Positions 16,159 through 20,000 of a DNA stretch of 20,000 nt are shown in pieces (within the stretch, counting starts at the first letter, position 1; the number at the start of each line of letters is the position of its first letter). The notes below the pieces were generated by a model that made no database searches, was not told the DNA's origin, and saw only the letters and a list, made by a program, of their open reading frames with translations. Location: the IMG/VR virus record IMGVR_UViG_3300030116_006045, positions 44,952 through 64,951 of that record. One strand, written 5' to 3'. The position numbers were made by a program, and so were the translations under genes. This stretch comes from an uncultured virus (IMG/VR IMGVR_UViG_3300030116_006045). Lineage: Duplodnaviria > Heunggongvirae > Uroviricota > Caudoviricetes.

Positions 16159-16165
16159 TAAGTCG
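16155..16165 (+). promoter_or_regulatory. Candidate late promoter TTGATAAGTCG upstream of tail tube
   Basis: Exact repeat of 3572-3582. CACCTTGATA is also shared with 8407-8416. Confidence 0.45.
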
Positions 16166-16195
16166 CCCGAATAGTGATTCGTTATAGGTGAGTCC

Positions 16196-17254
16196 ATGAC
16201 AAACGTGTTAGCGAGCCGATATGTAGCGTTCATCAAGGAATCGACTTATGGTACAGCGGTAGCCGCAAGTTCGAGTTATAAAATTGGTGAAGTGGATGAT
16301 GAATCATTTACTCAACAGTTCGACGTTCTAAACCGAGCGAGCATGAGCCATTACGGAGCTACCGCAGCTACTGAAGGTGTCTTTAGCTCATCCGGTGATA
16401 TTAACGCGCCTGTAATCCTCGATGATTTTACTTTGATTTGTTTCTTTGAAGCCTTTGGTGTGGACACTTACAGTGGCGGATCAAAGCAACATCTTCTAAG
16501 CGAAACAACCGATGAAGATAATCTAAACTCCTACACTATTCGTGTGGGCCGTGAAAACAAAGAACACGTTTTCACAGGTATGGTTCTTGATTCTATTTCC
16601 CTTAGCGCGAACATCAACGAGTATGCTATGTTCAACGCTTCTTTCGTTGGATGCGGTGAAGCAGGAACAGCATCTCTTCAAACACCTGGCTCCAGTTTCC
16701 CTAACTTTGAGGGATCAGAAGCTTTGCACTTCTCTCGCGCATTCGTTAGGTTTGGTAACGCGGCTACGGACACACAATTTTCAAAGGCAATCACCAGCTT
16801 TGAAGTAACAATCAATTTAGGTCGTGATGTAGAAAACGCCAGATCGCTTGGAGACAGCACTTACGTCCGAAAGCCAAACCCTACTCTAAGAGAGATTAGT
16901 GGTAGCATAGAGTTCAACCGAGCTTTGTATGCTACTTCTCAAGCTGACGACCCTGGTGGCACAGCATCTGGTTCTCCAACATACGATGAGTTAAGGCAAG
17001 GTCTTGACAGAAACGGAGATAGCGCAGGTCAGGCAGCACTTTCGATTCTCCTTGAAGAATCAGGTGGCTCTAACTACTTCAGGATGGATCTCTTCAATGT
17101 TCATTTCGAGGCTCCTGAAGCTGCAGTAAGTGGTCGTGATGGACAAACTATGAGTGTTAGCTTCGTAGGTCTTTATGATTTAGGAGACAGCAACGCTATG
17201 GCTCGGTGCTTATTTGAGAAGGACGGCCTCAACGCTAATGCTGCATACACATGA
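16196..17254 (+). CDS. Major tail tube protein
   Basis: KESTYGTA, SYTIRVG..FTGMVLDSISLS, REISGSIEF, MSVSFVGLYD are siphovirus tube motifs. GGTGA RBS. Confidence 0.85.
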   Translation: MTNVLASRYVAFIKESTYGTAVAASSSYKIGEVDDESFTQQFDVLNRASMSHYGATAATEGVFSSSGDINAPVILDDFTLICFFEAFGVDTYSGGSKQHLLSETTDEDNLNSYTIRVGRENKEHVFTGMVLDSISLSANINEYAMFNASFVGCGEAGTASLQTPGSSFPNFEGSEALHFSRAFVRFGNAATDTQFSKAITSFEVTINLGRDVENARSLGDSTYVRKPNPTLREISGSIEFNRALYATSQADDPGGTASGSPTYDELRQGLDRNGDSAGQAALSILLEESGGSNYFRMDLFNVHFEAPEAAVSGRDGQTMSVSFVGLYDLGDSNAMARCLFEKDGLNANAAYT

Positions 17255-17267
17255 TGAGGTGATTTAG

Positions 17268-17480
17268 GTGGCAGTAGGCGACGGCGGAATCAAGATAGTC
17301 GATAAGACAAAGATTACAGTAGCCTCTCTTGCTACTAACTTAGCATCACTTCAAACTGATCTCCAAACATTCCTTCGTGGTAGCACTTTTGCTAACAACG
17401 ATATTATCTATCAAATAATCTACGAGCGCAATAAGAACAATAACGATGTAATGGTTTATGTCGTATTTGAAGATCAGTAA
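17268..17480 (+). CDS. Hypothetical protein, 70 aa
   Basis: GTG start with GAGGTGA RBS, between tube and chaperone genes. Confidence 0.7.
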   Translation: MAVGDGGIKIVDKTKITVASLATNLASLQTDLQTFLRGSTFANNDIIYQIIYERNKNNNDVMVYVVFEDQ

Positions 17481-17521
17481 TAGTCGGCCATGAGCCATAA
17501 GTAAAAGAAGAAGTGAAAAAA

Positions 17522-17866
17522 ATGCCAGTGAAGAGAAAAGAAGTCGAACTAGACGATGGACGCAAGATCTGGGTGCGGCAAGCATCCGGTATGGACAAAC
17601 TCAAAATCGAGGCCAAGCAGGGGCGAGTACTCCGCAAGGTCCGTCACTTCGGAGTGGACATGACAGCATGGACCGAAGAACAACAAGATGAGTTCTTGGA
17701 ACTATGTGATGCGGAAGGCTGTGGCTTTACGGATCAGGTAGAAGCTTGGGTTCCTAAGTGTGTTCTCGACGATGTTGATACTGACTCCCTGACAAGTGAA
17801 GAACTTGTCCGAATCCTAAACGTGATTCGAGGGGAGGACACGGATGATGTTGTCCCTTTGGCGTAA
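17522..17866 (+). CDS. Tail assembly chaperone (gpG analogue)
   Basis: Located between tube and tape measure. Ends just after the slippery heptamer. Confidence 0.75.
   Translation: MPVKRKEVELDDGRKIWVRQASGMDKLKIEAKQGRVLRKVRHFGVDMTAWTEEQQDEFLELCDAEGCGFTDQVEAWVPKCVLDDVDTDSLTSEELVRILNVIRGEDTDDVVPLA
17854..17860 (+). promoter_or_regulatory. -1 programmed ribosomal frameshift site C CCT TTG
   Basis: X XXY YYZ in the correct phase, two codons before the TAA. The -1 frame is open to 18147. Confidence 0.75.
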
Positions 17867-18147
17867 TCTATCAGGTAGCCCCGATCCTGTGTTCGACGTT
17901 CAAGGGGATTCTTCCTTCGGATCTGGTGGACAGATACGATGGGCCGTTAGGTCGTTGGAAGATGGAGTTAGATGTAGCAGTAGCTGGAGAAATAGCAGAC
18001 CAATTGAACGAGTCAGCTCAGTCCAACAAGAAAGGAGCCAACCGCAACAAAGCTCGCGGTGCTGTGGCTCGTCGGAAACAGCGCAGAAAGCTGTATTCGG
18101 GAGTCGAAACGAGTGATTCGCTTAAGAGTATGATGGAGGGAGATTGA
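17854..18147 (+). CDS. Frameshift extension of tail chaperone (gpT analogue)
   Basis: The -1 frame reads PFGVIYQVAPILCSTFKGILPSDLVDRYDG...MMEGD and includes track ORF 17926..18147. TGATG-coupled to the tape measure. Confidence 0.7.
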   Translation, partial: PFGVIYQVAPILCSTFKGILPSDLVDRYDGPLGRWKMELDVAVAGEIADQLNESAQSNKKGANRNKARGAVARRKQRRKLYSGVETSDSLKSMMEGD

Positions 18148-20000
18148 TGGCACGTGTTGGTGGTTCCCGTGTATTCTTCGACGTTATTGGTGTGATGAAC
18201 ACAGCCAAGATGGTCAAAGATGCTCAGGACTCCGCCACAGTGATTCGTGCGTTATATCTTGATGCCTTTGAAGGGATCACAGGTTCTTTAGACGGAATAT
18301 TTGGAGGCGTAACTCAGGCGGTAGAAGCCCTTCGTGATCCCGCTATGGAGCTTGGGGAATCACAGATTTTCTTCCGTAAGTTCTTCGACTTCGACGATGT
18401 TGCTGCTTATGAATCACGTATTATGGATCTAGGAGTGGCCTTTGGGTTCACTGCATCCGAAGCACTTGAAGCCGGTGCAAAGATGGCGCAGCTCGGTGGT
18501 CAGATTGGTGGTCAAGGAGCTGTTGAAGGTCTAACCGAAGCAAGTATGTTATTCGGGTTAGTCGGTGGTATGACTACTGAAGATGCGGCAACAAAGCTGG
18601 TTTCGTTAGGTCAGCAGACAGGTTTCTTCTACGAAGGGACTACAAGAGAGGCACNNNNNNNNNNTCACTTATGTCGATGGATGCTGAAGAGCAACGACAA
18701 ATTGTTCTTCGTAATTCACTTCATGCGATGGATCAGCTAAACACTGTCGAAAACAACAGCCTCGCTACCATGTCGCAATTATCTGAGGCTATGGATAACT
18801 TCTCGGCGTCTGCAACCATTTCTAATGAGTCGCTTGCTAACCAGGCAGCTCAGGCCGCTATCTTGATTCAGTCAGGGGAAAGAGCATCTAAAGCTGGTCG
18901 TGGTTTGCGTACCATCTATACTAGATTAGCCACCGACACAGGTGGTGCTGCCACAGCACTTCATGAAGTCGGTGTAGCAACAACGGACGCATCAGGAGAG
19001 CTTATCGGTCTAAACGACATACTCACACAGTTACACGCCGTAGGGTTTGCCGAAATGGGTTCTGGTCAACAGCAGTTTATTGCTCAAACAGTAGCCGGAA
19101 CAGATCACGCGACACGTTTCCTCAAATTGATGGAAAGTTTTGATGAACTTATGGAATTGTCTGGTAAGGCTACCGAAGGTTCAGCGTCAGCTTTGGACGA
19201 GTTCTCTAAAATGACAGACAACGCTACTTTCGCACAACGTCAGATGCAAGCGGCCACTGAAAGCAACGCTCAGATCATAGGACAGGAACTACTACCAGCT
19301 ATCACAAACGCTGATGGTATGGTCTTTTCTTTACAAGAATCGTTCAAGGATCTCATCACAGTCGAAGAGGATCTGGATGGTATATCTGGAACTTTTGATA
19401 GGTTGGGTGCTTCTCTTGTTGGCGGAGTAGCAAGAACAGCAATTATGTCTGGTGGACTATACGACATCGCTGGTGGTGCTTTCGAGGCATTCCTTAACAT
19501 TCAATCTCTAATGGTATCAATTCAGGTATTCCGCTCAATCGATAGACAAACAAAGATGCTATCCGCTCAAGCAACTAAAGAGTTAGCTCAGGCAGAAGGC
19601 TTCCATGTGAATATGCTTAACCAAGAAATGCAAGCGTATATGAGAATGTCTCCAGCGGCGAGAGCTAACATCCAACTTTATGTTTCTGAAATAGACGCAC
19701 TTCGCACATTAGGAACGGTTCGCGGTGGTTCAGCTCAAGCAAAAGTCCAAGCAACAAATATGGAAAAGGGTGCTTTGAGTGCATTGATGCCGTTCCTAAG
19801 TAGTGAATTAACTCTTGAGCAACAGCTGGCAATAGCAAGACAGGTGAATACAGGTAAGACAAAGCAGAAATCTCTTGTAATCATGGAAGCAGCTAATGTT
19901 ACTCATCACAATGTAAGGGCTACACAAATGGATGGCAGGGCAACGATGGAAGCAGCACACGCTTATGCTGCAGCCCAAGCACCAATCAAAAACCTAACAG
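18147..20000 (+). CDS. Tape measure protein (TP901-type core), interrupted by N gap, truncated at window end
   Basis: After the gap the frame starting at 18665 reads ..GERASKAGRGLRTIYTRLA..GVATTDASGELIGLNDILTQL..IAQTVAGTDHATRFLKLM.. and appears to stay open to the end. Confidence 0.9.
18655..18664. other. Assembly gap (10 N)
   Basis: Run of N that shifts the tape-measure reading frame. Confidence 0.95.

Noticed and set aside
16168..16181. Small inverted repeat CGAAT-AGTG-ATTCG before the tail tube
   Set aside because: A 5-bp stem with no U-tract is too weak to call a terminator or operator.
17844..18116. 90-aa track ORF in the third frame over the chaperone junction
   Set aside because: Ser/Arg-rich shadow frame. 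The -1 frame has the correct slippery site and couples to the TMP start.
18651..18740. Apparent frameshift/premature stop in the tape measure gene
   Set aside because: It coincides with the 10-N scaffold gap. The flanks (GCAC / TCACTT) suggest a near-overlap, and the TMP core continues in another frame, so this is an assembly artefact, not a pseudogene.
1..20000. tRNA, rRNA, integrase, intein or intron
   Set aside because: No cloverleaf, integrase motif, intein splice motif or unexplained non-coding gap was seen, and coding density is near complete.

Overview
This window is the virion morphogenesis module of a tailed dsDNA virus (siphovirus-type Caudoviricetes). The host is most likely archaeal, and the virus resembles the 'magroviruses' of Marine Group II/Poseidoniales. 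That assignment is inference from GGTGA/GGAGG ribosome-binding motifs, TGATG/ATGA gene coupling, acidic proteins, GCTD-repeat glycoprotein and gene content. On the minus strand, three small ORFs (two Cys-rich) precede the terminase large subunit. The plus strand is transcribed divergently: portal; an inserted cassette of membrane proteins, a GCTD-repeat glycoprotein and a GNAT; a basic multi-domain head protein; prohead protease with a nested scaffold; cement protein; major capsid; SAP/HEH proteins; adaptor; C1q-tipped fibre with an XkdW-like ORF; second adaptor; gp10-like protein; tail terminator; tail tube; a chaperone with a -1 frameshift (CCCTTTG); and a tape measure that is interrupted by a 10-N assembly gap and runs off the window. 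Three signals stand out. (1) The octamer GGATCTGG occurs 15 times on both strands and in several reading frames, while GGATCC was not seen. (2) An unannotated 46-aa zinc-finger ORF has the first 10 residues of the tape-measure protein (MARLGGSRVF vs MARVGGSRVF), differing mostly at synonymous positions. (3) There is a candidate late-promoter motif (TTGATA) and a candidate protease cleavage motif ([IVM]EA).
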